Origin: Planctomycetia bacterium
Lineage (GTDB): Bacteria; Planctomycetota; MHYJ01; WSZJ01
Assembly (NCBI GenBank): GCA_020849035.1
Contig: JADLHC010000130.1
Span: 8,214-72,213 of the forward strand
Reading direction: 5' to 3'
DNA length: 64,000 nucleotides
The position numbers were made by a program, and so were the translations under genes. Below, piece by piece: positions 35,807-46,100 of this stretch. Position 1 is the first letter of the stretch; each line of letters opens with the position of its first letter. Under the pieces are notes generated by a model. It saw only the letters and a program-made list of their open reading frames with translations, was not told where the DNA came from and did no database searches.

Positions 35807-37216
35807 ATGCCGCCCTTCCTTCGCCGGTTCGCCGCCCTGCTGCTCCTTCCCGCGCTCGCCGCGCGCGCGGAGGAGGTCGACCTGTCCGACACCTGCCTGA
35901 AGCTCGCGGCCGTGCAGGAGCCGGACGTGGACGTTGCGAAGATGAAAGAAGCGCTGGCGGCGCTCGAGGCGAAGGCGAAGAAGCGGCTGGAGGGTGTGAA
36001 GGAGCCGCGGGAGGTCGTTGCGGGGCTGAACGAGGTCCTGCTGCTCGACCGGAAGGTCAGCTACATCTCGAACAAGTACTGGCGCGACTCGACGCTCGCG
36101 GCTTCCGTCCTGCGCGGGCAGGGGAACTGCCTGTCGACGTCGACGCTCTTCGCCGTCATCGGCCAGCGCCTGGGGCTGCCGATCCACGCGGTCACGGTCC
36201 CGGGGCACGCGTTCGCGCGGTTCGACGACGGGAAGACGCGGATCAACATCGAGACGACGAATCGCGGCGTCGAGATGACCGACGCGTACTACCGCTCGAT
36301 GGGGAGCTGGAGCGACGAGGACGCCGCCGCGATCGGCCACGGCCTGACCCTGTCCTCCGCGCAGTTCGCTTCGCTGCTCCACTCCTACGCCGGCCGCCAC
36401 CTCGTCTCGCTCGAGAAGCACACGGAGGCGCTGGCCCAGATCGACGCTGCGCTCAAGCTCTGGCCCGCCAACGAGGAGTACGCGCTGGAGCGCCTCGGGA
36501 TGCTCTACGACGGGCTGGGGAAGCGCGCGGAGGCGCTGAAGGGGTACCAGCGGCTGGCGAAGGAGGCGAAGAGCCCGGAAATCCGCGCCCGGTCGCTGGT
36601 CGGGATCGCGAACGACCTGCAGGCGACGGACAGGAACGAGGAGGCGCTCGACGTGCTGCGGCGGGCGTTCCACGACGCGCCGAAGTCGGCGCTTCCGGCG
36701 GTGCTGACGGAGATGGCGGCGTCGTACCGCACGCTGCGGCGGTTCAACGAGGCGCTGACGACGCAGGACCTCGCGCTCGCGGCGACGTTCCAGCCGGAGG
36801 CGGACGACTACACGCTGCTGGCGATCTACTACAAGAACGCGAACCTGCTGGACGACGCGATCCGCTGCCTCAAGCACAGCGTGGAGCGCAACCCCGAGGA
36901 CTGGAACACCCGCCTGATCCTCGCCGGCTACCTGATCCGCGGGAAGCGCGACGACGAGGGCTGGGAGTTGTTCAAGACGGTGCAGAAGCCGCCGGTGGAC
37001 GAGCAGTTCTACGAGACGAACATGGCGTGGTTCTTCGGGTCGGTCGGGAAGAAGAAGGAGTTCCTCGAGCACCTCGGGAATGCGCTCGACCTCGCGACGG
37101 AGCCCTCGATCCTGAACTACATCAAGACCGAGGTGGACTTCGACAAGTTCCGGGACGACGCGGAGTTCAAGGCGCTGGTGGAGAAGCACCGGAAGCGGCT
37201 GATGGAAAAGCGTTGA
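35807..37216 (+). CDS. secreted transglutaminase-like cysteine-protease-fold protein fused to TPR repeats
   Basis: Signal peptide MPPFLRRFAALLLLPALAARA with GAGGAG RBS; GNCLSTSTLFAVIGQRLGLPIHAVTVPGHAFARF = Cys...His arrangement of transglutaminase-like domain; C-terminal TPR helices. Confidence 0.7.
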   Translation: MPPFLRRFAALLLLPALAARAEEVDLSDTCLKLAAVQEPDVDVAKMKEALAALEAKAKKRLEGVKEPREVVAGLNEVLLLDRKVSYISNKYWRDSTLAASVLRGQGNCLSTSTLFAVIGQRLGLPIHAVTVPGHAFARFDDGKTRINIETTNRGVEMTDAYYRSMGSWSDEDAAAIGHGLTLSSAQFASLLHSYAGRHLVSLEKHTEALAQIDAALKLWPANEEYALERLGMLYDGLGKRAEALKGYQRLAKEAKSPEIRARSLVGIANDLQATDRNEEALDVLRRAFHDAPKSALPAVLTEMAASYRTLRRFNEALTTQDLALAATFQPEADDYTLLAIYYKNANLLDDAIRCLKHSVERNPEDWNTRLILAGYLIRGKRDDEGWELFKTVQKPPVDEQFYETNMAWFFGSVGKKKEFLEHLGNALDLATEPSILNYIKTEVDFDKFRDDAEFKALVEKHRKRLMEKR

Positions 37217-37322
37217 AGGGTTGATAGGTTGAGAGGTTGAGGGGGCCGCCATGCGGTCCGGAGGGCTCCCATGCGTAACCCTGATCCCCTCAACCCTTCA
37301 ACCCATCAACCTATCAACCCTC
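37212..37322. repeat. inverted arrays of 8-bp GTTGA(R)GG tandem units flanking a 40-bp spacer; embeds both convergent stop codons
   Basis: gttgaagg gttgatag gttgagag gttgaggg ...spacer ccgccatgcggtccggagggctcccatgcgtaaccctgat... ccctcaac ccttcaac ccatcaac ctatcaac cctc; TGA of 35807-37216 and TCA (minus-strand TGA) of 37314-38693 lie inside units. Confidence 0.75.
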
Positions 37323-38693
37323 GATCTCCGCCACGCCGGCACGCGCGCAGGCCTCGCGCATGTTCCCGCGCTTGAACTCAAGGTCCTTCGGCGTGCCGGA
37401 CTCGCGGAGGACCGACTCGCCGGCCCGCCACGCCTCCCGCGCCTCTCCCCGCCGCCCCTGGGCCGCCAGCACGCAGGCAAGGTCGCACTGCGCGCCTCCC
37501 TCGAACCGCCGGTTCCGCATGTCGCGGTGAATCCCCAGCGCCTCGCGCAGCGCCGCCTCCGCGGCCGCCGGGCGCCCCGTTTCGAGAAGCAGCAACCCGA
37601 GATTGCCGAGCTCGATCCCCTCGGACCGCCGGTTCCCGACCTCCCGGTGCACCGCGAGCGCCTCCGCGAACGCCCGTTCCGCCTCCGCAAGCCGGCCCAG
37701 GTCCTGCAGCACGTTCGCGAGATGCCCGAGCGAGATCCCCTCCGACCGGCGGTTCCCGATCTCACGGTGGATCGCGAGCGCTTCCCGGTGCGCCGCCTCC
37801 GCCTCAGCAAGCCTCCCCGCCATGCGCCGGACGAGCGCCAGCGCGCCGATGGCCACGCCTTCGTGAAGGCGGTTCCCCGTCGCGCGGTGAAGGGCGAGGG
37901 CCTGTTCGGCGGCGGCTTCCGCCTCCGCGTGCTTTCCGCCCTCGCGAAGGAGGGCGCCGAGATGACCCAGCGCGATCCCTTCGCCCTCCGCGTCGCCCGC
38001 CTGCCTCAGCAGCGCCAGCGCCTCTTCGAGCAGGCGCGCGGCGCTCGCCGCCCTTCCCGTCTCTCGGTGCAGGTTGCCCAGGACGGTCATCGCGCGCCCG
38101 AGCAGGCGCGAGTCCCCGGCGGCCTCGAGAGCAGCGACGACCTCCTTCTGCAAACGTTCCGCCTCGGAGGGGCGTCCCGTTTCGAAGAGCAGGCTGGCGA
38201 GATTCCCCCTCGTGGCCGTCGCCTCCCTCGCGTGTCCCCCCGAGGCCAGGAGCGGGATCGCCTCGAGGAGCAGCCGCTCCGCTTCCCGGACCTGGCCGCT
38301 GCGCCAGAGAGCCTGCGCGGCGCCCCGGAGCGCCTCGCCCTTCCGGGCCCCTTCGCTTCCCGCCGCCAGCCTCTTCCACAGCCGGATCGCCGCGCCGAGC
38401 CGCCACGACCGCTCTTCGAACGCCGCCGCCCGGCGGAGCGCCCCACGCTCGGCCTCTCCCCATCGCGCCACGTCGCCCCCGCCCGCCGCCCCCCGCGCGT
38501 GGTCCGCCAGCTCCTCCGCGAACGCGTCGATCTCGTGAGGTCCGATCCCCGGGGGAAGCCCGCCGTGCAGCGCTTCGATCGCCGCGAACGCCGCGCCGTG
38601 CAGCCGCGCCCGGTCGCCCGGCAACTGAAGCTGGTACGCGGCGTCCCGCAGGACCGCGTGGCGAAAGAGGCAGGACTGCTCCGCGTGCACCAC
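37314..38693 (-). CDS. TPR-repeat protein, paralog family A (N-motif FRHAVLRDAAYQLQLPGDRARLH; C-terminal CARAGV)
   Basis: 459 aa; many 34-aa TPR units (GNRRSEGI.LGNL... AL..HRE); shares N- and C-terminal motifs with 38700-40091 and 55995-57497. Confidence 0.75.
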   Translation of the reverse strand: MVHAEQSCLFRHAVLRDAAYQLQLPGDRARLHGAAFAAIEALHGGLPPGIGPHEIDAFAEELADHARGAAGGGDVARWGEAERGALRRAAAFEERSWRLGAAIRLWKRLAAGSEGARKGEALRGAAQALWRSGQVREAERLLLEAIPLLASGGHAREATATRGNLASLLFETGRPSEAERLQKEVVAALEAAGDSRLLGRAMTVLGNLHRETGRAASAARLLEEALALLRQAGDAEGEGIALGHLGALLREGGKHAEAEAAAEQALALHRATGNRLHEGVAIGALALVRRMAGRLAEAEAAHREALAIHREIGNRRSEGISLGHLANVLQDLGRLAEAERAFAEALAVHREVGNRRSEGIELGNLGLLLLETGRPAAAEAALREALGIHRDMRNRRFEGGAQCDLACVLAAQGRRGEAREAWRAGESVLRESGTPKDLEFKRGNMREACARAGVAEIEG

Positions 38694-38699
38694 GCGAGT

Positions 38700-40091
38700 C
38701 TAACCGGCCCCGTCGAAGGGCTCGACGCCGGCGTCCGCGCACGCCTTCGCCATCGTCTCCCGCTTCCGGACCAGACTCCCGCTGTCCCCCACCTCCCGCA
38801 ACAGATCCGTCCCCCGCCGCCAGTCGGCCCGCGCTTCGTCGAGGCGGCCCTCGCGCACGTGGAACACGGCGCGTTCGCACAGGACGATCCCCTCGGACCG
38901 GCGATTCTGGAAGCGCCGGTGAGTGGCGAGGGCTTCCTCCACCGCTGCGAGGCCGCGCGCCCTTTCGCCGCGCTCCAGGAGGAGACTCCCCAGGTTCCCC
39001 AACGCCGCGCCCAGCATGCGGCCGTTGTCCACCTCGCGATGAAGCGCGATGGCCGCGACGAGCAGGCGTTCCGACTCGGCCGGGCGATCCGTGTTCATGA
39101 GGTGCGCGCCGAAGTTCATGAGCGTCGTGGCCTCCGAGCGGCGGTTGCCGGTCTCGCGGTGGATCGCGAGGGCCGCCTCGAAGGCGCGCTCGGCGTCGGT
39201 CCGGCGATCCGCGGTGCTGTGCATGACGGCGAGATTCCCCCACGCGATCCCCGCCGACCGGCGGTCTCCGCGCTCGACGAACGCGTCGAGCGCCTTCGTC
39301 GCCGCCTCCACCGCCTGGTCCGTCCGGCCGCTCTCCTGCAGCAGCCCGGAGAGATTCGCCAGCGCCTTCGCCTCGTTTTCGCGGTCCCCCAGCTCCCCGT
39401 GCGTCGCCAGCACTTCCCGCAGAATCGCCTCCGCTTCCCGGACCCGCCCCGTCATGCGCAGGAGGACGGCCTGTCCGTTCTGCGAGGCGGTCGCCGCGAG
39501 CCGGTCGCCGTCGGCGCGCTGGAGGGCGAGGGCCTCGTCGAACCGCCGCCGCGCGCCCTCGACGTCGCCGAGTTCCAGCAGCACGAAGCCGAGCTGCGTG
39601 ACGGCGCCGGCCTCGCGGTGCCGGACTCCGCCGGCGCGGAAGAGGGCGATAGCGTCTTCCCACAGTTCGACCGCGGCGCGAGGGCGCCCGGCGTGTGCCG
39701 CGGCAGTCGCGGCCTCCGCGGTCGAGTCCGCCCTCTGCACGCCCTCGCACAGCTCCGCATGCGCCCGCCAGAGCCGCTCCGCAGCTTCGTCCCGGTACAT
39801 CGCCGCCGCATGCCGGGCCGCCCGCGCCAGGTAGAGCCTCCGCACCCCGTCCTGTCCCGCCCCCGCGGCGTGGGCCGCCAGCTCCTCCGCCACCGCATCC
39901 GACGCATGTCCGCCCTCCGCCGCCGGCCGGCCCCCGAATCCCCGCTCGATCGCCTCCAGCGCCAGCCCGTGCAGCCTCTCGCGGTCGCCCGGAAGCTGGA
40001 GCTGGTAGACGGCTTCGCGTGCCATCGCATGCCGGAAGGCGTACGCGACCTCCGCGAAGGGCGGTCCTGGCGTCTCCGGTTCGTCGGCCAC
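38700..40091 (-). CDS. TPR-repeat protein, paralog family A (tandem copy)
   Basis: 463 aa; AYAFRHAMAREAVYQLQLPGDRERLHGLALEAIE near N-terminus; C-terminal KACADAGV; 6 bp from downstream paralog. Confidence 0.75.
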   Translation of the reverse strand: MADEPETPGPPFAEVAYAFRHAMAREAVYQLQLPGDRERLHGLALEAIERGFGGRPAAEGGHASDAVAEELAAHAAGAGQDGVRRLYLARAARHAAAMYRDEAAERLWRAHAELCEGVQRADSTAEAATAAAHAGRPRAAVELWEDAIALFRAGGVRHREAGAVTQLGFVLLELGDVEGARRRFDEALALQRADGDRLAATASQNGQAVLLRMTGRVREAEAILREVLATHGELGDRENEAKALANLSGLLQESGRTDQAVEAATKALDAFVERGDRRSAGIAWGNLAVMHSTADRRTDAERAFEAALAIHRETGNRRSEATTLMNFGAHLMNTDRPAESERLLVAAIALHREVDNGRMLGAALGNLGSLLLERGERARGLAAVEEALATHRRFQNRRSEGIVLCERAVFHVREGRLDEARADWRRGTDLLREVGDSGSLVRKRETMAKACADAGVEPFDGAG

Positions 40092-40112
40092 CGCCCGAGT
40101 CTACCCGGGCGA

Positions 40113-41132
40113 TCAGCCGTCCCCCTCCCGTTCGGGAAGCGCCGCCTTCAGCCGCTCGGGCATGGTCTCGAGAAGCCGGGCTGTCCAGTCCGCGACGGCG
40201 ATCGGCTTGACGATGTCCCGCAGGGCGCACTCGACGACGGCGCCGTTGCGGCCCCGGGCCAAGAGGAGGCCCAACGTCGGGCCGTCCCCCGGCCTGCGGA
40301 ACCGGTCGTCCACCGCGGAGAGGTAGAAGTTGAGCTTGCCCGCGAACTCGGGACGGAACGCGCGCGCCTTCAAATCCACGACGACGAAGCAGCGCAGGTC
40401 GAGGTGGTAGAAGAGGAGGTCCAGCCAGAACTCGTCGCCTCCGACGTCGAGCCGGACCTGGCGGCCGACGAGGGCGAACCCCGTCCCCAGCTCCAGCAGC
40501 GTCTGCTGGACGTGGTCCACCAGTCCCTGCTCCAGGTCGCGCTCGGCCGCGTCGCCGGAAAGGGTGAGGAAATCGAAGTTGTAGGGATCCTTGAGGATCG
40601 AGGCCGCGAGGTCGGACTTCTCGGGCGGAAGTATGCGGGAGAAGTTGTTCGAGGTGCGGCCTTCGCGCTCGTGCAGTCCGGACTCGATTTGAAGGTCCAG
40701 TACGGCACGGGACCAGCCGTGGGCCACCGCCTTTCGCGCATACCAGGCGCGGAGGTCGGATTGCTTCAAGGCGCGCAGCAGCAAGAGGTTAGGGCCCCAG
40801 GGCAATTGTCCAACACCCTGTTGGACATTTTCCTCCGCGGGCCAGGCCGCGGCGAAAGCGCGCATGTGCATGAGATTCGCGCGAGAGAAGCCGCGCATCG
40901 CGGGGAACTCGCCGGTGAGGTCCTGGGCAAGGCGGTCGACAACTCCTGCCCCCCAACCTTGTTCTTTCTGGGCGCGGAGGATGGAGCGACCGATTTGCCA
41001 GTAAAGCAAGACCAGCTCGCGATTGACTGCGGTCGCAGCGCGCGTTTGGGCGGAATAGACCTTGCTCTTCAACTCGGCGAGCAGGGGCAGGTAGCCATCC
41101 AATGGCGGCCTGTACTCCGGTGGAGAAGGCAT
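40113..41132 (-). CDS. YhcG/DUF1016-family PD-(D/E)xK nuclease domain protein
   Basis: 339 aa; C-terminal ILKDPYNFDFLTL...ERDLEQGLVDHVQQTLLELGTGFALVGRQVRLDVGGDEFWLDLLFYHLDLRCFVVVDLK matches YhcG-type PDDEXK core. Confidence 0.8.
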   Translation of the reverse strand: MPSPPEYRPPLDGYLPLLAELKSKVYSAQTRAATAVNRELVLLYWQIGRSILRAQKEQGWGAGVVDRLAQDLTGEFPAMRGFSRANLMHMRAFAAAWPAEENVQQGVGQLPWGPNLLLLRALKQSDLRAWYARKAVAHGWSRAVLDLQIESGLHEREGRTSNNFSRILPPEKSDLAASILKDPYNFDFLTLSGDAAERDLEQGLVDHVQQTLLELGTGFALVGRQVRLDVGGDEFWLDLLFYHLDLRCFVVVDLKARAFRPEFAGKLNFYLSAVDDRFRRPGDGPTLGLLLARGRNGAVVECALRDIVKPIAVADWTARLLETMPERLKAALPEREGDG

Positions 41133-41239
41133 CCATCCTCCAGGCGCGGTGAGGGACAGGGGGGCGCGGGCTCGCCGTGCGAGACCCGGATCGCCCGCCG
41201 CGCGGGACCGAAGCGGCGCAGGGCCGCCTCGGGAGGCGG

Positions 41240-41340
41240 ATCGAATGTTCGTATTCAGTATCGCTTATGTTAGTGGAAAGTCAAGCTAAATTTGGGAACT
41301 TGTCTCGAAAATGAAACACCATCTTCCGCGCTCGCACCGC
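41240..41340 (+). promoter_or_regulatory. AT-rich putative promoter region upstream of S8-peptidase operon
   Basis: cgaatgttcgtattcagtatcgcttatgttagtggaaagtcaagctaaatttgggaacttgtctcgaaaatgaaacacc: local GC far below window mean, 200-300 bp upstream of 41543 start. Confidence 0.35.
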
Positions 41341-41542
41341 CGGCGTGATTGCTCGTGTGGAAGTTCCGAGCCCGTGACCGCCAGCCGCGAAGGGCAGGAC
41401 CACTCGAGTTCCCAGCGACCCGCTCTCCGGATCCCCCTAGATCGCCACCTTCCGTCATTTCCTTGCCACAGACACGGCCCGGGGAGAGGATGCTCCACCC
41501 CGGCTCGAGGGATCCGGGTTTCCATTTTCAGGGTAGTGGCCC

Positions 41543-43120
41543 GTGAAGAACTTGTGTGCGGTCCTCCGTCCTTGCTTCGTCGCGATCGCCGCTCTCGGCG
41601 CGTGTGCCGAAGACGCGTCGTCCCCGGTGACCGTCGCCCTCGTTGACTCCGGCGTGGACCCTTCCCATCCGGCCCTTCAAGGCGCCCTCGTTGCCGGCGT
41701 CGATGTGCTCAACCCCGGGAAAGCCATGGCCGACGCGTCCGGGCACGGGACTGTGATGGCCGGCCTCATCGTGGGGCGGTCGGACCGGCCCGAAGTGCGG
41801 GGCTGGGCGGCGGACGAGGCTGTGAGCCTCCTGCCGATCAAGGTGACGGACGGCGAAGTCGTCGCGCCGGCCGCGCTGGCCGCCGGCATCGACGCCGCCG
41901 TCGAGCGCAAGGTCGCCGTGATCTGCATCCCGCTCGCATCCCCAGAGTCAACCGCCGAGATCGACGCCGCACTCGATCGCGCCCGCGAGGCCGGGATCCT
42001 CGTCGTCTCCGCGGCGGGGCCGGTCTCCCCCGAGTTCGGAGGGTTCGACCTTCAGCCCGCGGCTCACCCGTGGGTCGTGTCCTGCACCGACTCGGAAGTG
42101 GGCCCGCTGCTCCTTCCCCGCGGTCGTGGCGTCGCAGCCCGCGGCGCGCGCGCCGAACGTGTCCCGGCCGGAAGCGCCGCGACGGGCAAGACCGAACTCA
42201 TGGTCGACGGCCGCGCGATCCCGATCGCCGTCAAGGGTGCACCGGAGACGATTCGCGGCACCTCTGTCGCCTGCGCCCGCGCCGCGGCGCTCGCCGCGCT
42301 CCTTCGCGCGGCCCGCCCGGACCTCGACGCCGCCCGAGCCCGAGAAATCCTCGTGACCGCCGGCCCGCTTCCCGAGGGGATCCGCGAGCAGGCCACCGAG
42401 CGGCTGCGAAGGGCCAGCCGCGAGGGCGTGACGGCCTGGTCGCGCAGGCGAGACGGTCCCGCCGGGGACCTGTACATCGCCACCGTCCGCCGCGCGCACG
42501 GTCCGCAGAAGTGCCTGCAGGTCCTGGTCGAGGTCGCCAATCTCGGCGGCGCGCCCCTCGCCGGGCGGGTCGAGTTCCAGCCGCCGGGCGACCGCGACCT
42601 GCTCTCCGAGGATCTCGAACCGATTCAGCCAGGCGGCCGCCGGGCCGTCGTCTTCCGTCTGCTGGACGTGCCGTTCAACGAGGTCGCGCTCGTCCGGCTC
42701 GTCGCCCCGGAGGACATCAACCCCGGGAACAACGTGACTCGCGTGATCTGCCACCCGCCGGAACAGGGCGGCGTCGAGGTCCACGGTCTGCGCCTCCTCG
42801 GTCGCCGCGCCGGATCGCCGCGGGTCGTCGCTTCCGCCCGCCTCTGGAACGCCCTCGAGGAGCCGCTCGAGGTCGACGTATCCGCGGGCGTCGGCGAGGC
42901 CGGCGGGACCGCGCGCGCCACGGTCCCGGGGGCGGGGTTCGCGGACGTGGAGATTCCCTTCGACGTGCCTGGCGGCGCCGATCCCATGGAGTCGCCCTTC
43001 GTGCTGTCCGTCACCTCCGGCCGCCGGCAAGTCGCGCGCGCCGCAGCCCTTCTCGATTTCGGCCCCGCCGAGTTCGTCCCCAGGCTCACCCCGCCGTTCC
43101 CCGGGAGGAAAGTACGCTGA
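41543..43120 (+). CDS. secreted subtilisin-like S8 peptidase with C-terminal CARDB-like domain, no propeptide
   Basis: Signal MKNLCAVLRPCFVAIAALGACA; catalytic D (VALVDSGVD), H (SGHGTVMAG), S (GTSVACARAAAL); oxyanion position reads AAGP instead of canonical AAGN; C-terminal VEFQPPGD...INPGNNVTRV CARDB-like. Confidence 0.85.
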   Translation: MKNLCAVLRPCFVAIAALGACAEDASSPVTVALVDSGVDPSHPALQGALVAGVDVLNPGKAMADASGHGTVMAGLIVGRSDRPEVRGWAADEAVSLLPIKVTDGEVVAPAALAAGIDAAVERKVAVICIPLASPESTAEIDAALDRAREAGILVVSAAGPVSPEFGGFDLQPAAHPWVVSCTDSEVGPLLLPRGRGVAARGARAERVPAGSAATGKTELMVDGRAIPIAVKGAPETIRGTSVACARAAALAALLRAARPDLDAARAREILVTAGPLPEGIREQATERLRRASREGVTAWSRRRDGPAGDLYIATVRRAHGPQKCLQVLVEVANLGGAPLAGRVEFQPPGDRDLLSEDLEPIQPGGRRAVVFRLLDVPFNEVALVRLVAPEDINPGNNVTRVICHPPEQGGVEVHGLRLLGRRAGSPRVVASARLWNALEEPLEVDVSAGVGEAGGTARATVPGAGFADVEIPFDVPGGADPMESPFVLSVTSGRRQVARAAALLDFGPAEFVPRLTPPFPGRKVR

Positions 43121-46100
43121 TGAAGAGCTCGACCGTGATCGCGTGCCTGCTCGCGCTGTTCTTCACGGCCTGCGGCAAGCCGCCCGTGCCGCCGCGGCCA
43201 GCTGTGCCGCAACAGCCGCCCCAGGGCGACCCGCCGCCGCGCGATCCCCCGCCCGCGACTCCCGCTGCATGGGCGCCCCGCGCAACTCCGATCGAAGGCG
43301 ACATCGTCGTCGCCGTGATCGACACCGGCGTGGACGCGACGCACCCGGCGCTGAAGGGCAAGGTCCTCGAGGGCGTCTCGCTCGCCCCCGTCCCCGGCAC
43401 GACGGAGGACGCGATCGGCCACGGCACGGCCGTCGCGGGTCTCGTCTGCGCCGACGCCGAAGACGACCAGTTCGACGGCGTCTGTGCGAAGCAGCCGGTG
43501 AAGATCCTCCCGATCAAGGTGACCGGCGACCTGGGCGCGGAGGCGCTGCCGACCGCCGTCGGCCTGGCCGTGACCGAAGCCGTGAAACGCGGCGCCCACG
43601 TCGTCTGCATCCCGATGGGCGGCTCGTTCACGACCGACGCCCTGGAGTCCGGGATGGCGCTGGCGAAGGAGAAGGGCGTGCTGGTGCTCGCCGCGGCGGG
43701 GATCGGGACGCCTGCGACGCACGACTTCTACCCGGCCGCCCACCCCTGGGCCATTTCCTGCACCGGCGAGCGGGAAGCGCGGACGGAGACGTTCGCCGGG
43801 CGCGAGATGCAGTGGTACTACCGCGCCGACTACGCGAACTGGTCCGGCAAGACGGAGCTCATGGGCCCGATCTTCGCGAAGGTCCTCGCCCCCGGAGACG
43901 GCTACGCGTCGCTGCAGGGCACGAGCGTCGCCTGCGCGCGTGCCGCCGGCCTCGCCGCGAAGCTCATCGCCGCGAACCGGAGCTGGAGCGCCCAGCGCGT
44001 GCGGGACGTGCTGACGCTGTCGGGGTCGCCGGACTATGCCGGTAACGCCTATGCGCACTGCCCCGCGCGCCATGTCGATGCGGAGATACTCGATGATGCG
44101 ACGAAGTCGCCGCCGAAGGAGAAGTCGGATCTCGCCGTGCTCTGGATAGAGCCGGAACCCTGGCCGAAGCCCGATCAGGCCTTTCGTGCACGAGTGGAGG
44201 TTCGGAACGTGGGGGCTGCCCCCGGCGCGGGAAGCGTCACCTTCCGGATTGCCTCGGAGAATGTCGAGGTGAAGGTCCCCATCAGTGAGTTGCTACCGGG
44301 CGAAGGTTGCACGGTCCGGATCCCTGTTCCAGGACTAAAGCAAGGCAAGTTCTTGAGTGAAGTCGAGGTCTTCGAGGACAAAGCGGCCAGCCTCGCGAAC
44401 AACCGGTTGATCGCGAAGCTCGCGGTGGATCCTCGCGACAACGCGGCAGGATGTGGGCTTGTCTGGCTTGAGGGGATGCGTGCCGATTCGGACGAGTTGG
44501 TCCTGCACGGGCTCGCCTCGAATCCGAACGATCGCGCTCTCGAGACGGCAATCTCCGTCGCCGTTGCGGAACCGGATGCCAGGCTGCAACTCCGTTTGAA
44601 TCCGTTCGAGTCGCGGTGGGTTCGGTTGCCCATGGTCATAGGCAAGCCGGGTGGCGGCAAGAAGGGCGTCGCCGTCGTCGTGAAGACCGTTGAAGAAGGC
44701 GAGTCCTTCGGGAACGTAACTGTCCTGCTCGATGTCTCCCGAACTACTTACTCACCGCAGTACGCCGACGTATGGGGATTGAAGGAGATCATCGTGGATG
44801 CGCCGGCTAGCATCTCTACGGCGCGCTCCACCCTTCCCATCATGCTGTTCACTCCCGAGATTCACACTGCGCAGCTCCCAGAGCGGTTCCTTTACGAGGA
44901 TGGGGACACCGGGGAGTTGTATGCAGGCTCCGGCCTCTGGTTGTCCGATGTGATGATTGACCTGCTGAGCGGTCCTCAGGCAGCCACCCACGTACCGCAG
45001 CCCAGGTTCGATCCGCACGTCCCAACCGGGCGATGCCTGTTCCGGGCCCACCAGGAACTCGGATCTTCCGTGCTCAGTGGTCCAGTCACATTCTGGAATC
45101 GAGGTCGGTCGGCCCGTGTGGAGAACTGGTGCGGAACGAAAGTAGGCCGTGACCAGTTCCTCGGCTGGAAGCGCCATGATGGCTGGCATGCGGTCATTGT
45201 CGTTCCACGCGAAGACGTCGAGTACTTCGCGCAGCAGGACTATGACCGGGTCAGGGATGAGTACTTCAGGGTTGCGGTCCATTACTTCTCCCTCGCGAAG
45301 CACCCCAGCGTCACCAACTCGAAGCGCCGCGGCTACGACGAACGGACCGAGGAACAGGACCAGGAACTCTGGCAGGAAACCGTCCTCCGCGTCACGTTTA
45401 ACGTGGATCCCCCGAGGCTGGATGACAGGGGGCACTACTACGACGTGCACGTCCACACGGCGGCGGAGTTCTCGCGCGACGCCGTGGAGCCCCGGCTGGC
45501 CTTCGGCGGGCCGCCGTGGATGATCGCGCGGAGCGCCCATGCGATGGGGTTGATCGACGACGAGGATCTGCTGACGGTTCTGCTCCGCGTTCATCCGGCG
45601 GGCCAGGCGTTCGCCGCGCGATGGAACTTGCAGCTCGGCGAAGACGTGCTCATCACGACCGACCACAACTGTTTTCTCTCCGACACGGACGAGCCCACGG
45701 CTGCGCCGTGGGGCGGGAGATTCGGCGGGAACGAGATCGGCGTCCTGCGCGAGTCGTTCGGACGCTGCGACAACCAGGAGCTCTCGATGGCCAAGCCGTT
45801 CGCGGCCACGGGCGCGATGCACGCCCTCGTCTACGGCGCGGAGCCGATGGAAGGCCCGTGGCACGGCGGCCGCGGCATGCGCGGCATGCTGGCGGCGATC
45901 CGGGACACGCTCGAAGCCGTGGCGCTGACGGATCGCGCCATGGACTACCTCGGCTGGCACCCGAAGACGAAGAGGCTGAAACCGCCGACGTGGGTCATCG
46001 CGAAGCTGCTTCACCTGCTCAAGTACGGCGCCGGCGTGACGGAGCAGCAGAGCGCCGAGGTCCGGGACGGCCTGCAGGAGTGCCTGAAGTCCGTCCTGGA

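Noticed and set aside
35771-37252. 493-aa minus-strand ORF
   Set aside because: Antisense to the transglutaminase-like/TPR gene, which has a signal peptide and RBS.
37251-41273. 1340-aa plus-strand ORF and 37804-40230 808-aa minus ORF
   Set aside because: They are antisense to or frame-shifted against the TPR paralogs and YhcG. Their Arg/Pro/Gly-rich composition and lack of motifs mark them as artefacts.
41500-41545. Possible sigma-54 -24/-12 element (TGGCCC...TTGT) before the S8 operon
   Set aside because: The GG-to-GC spacing does not match the 10-bp consensus, so it is coincidental.
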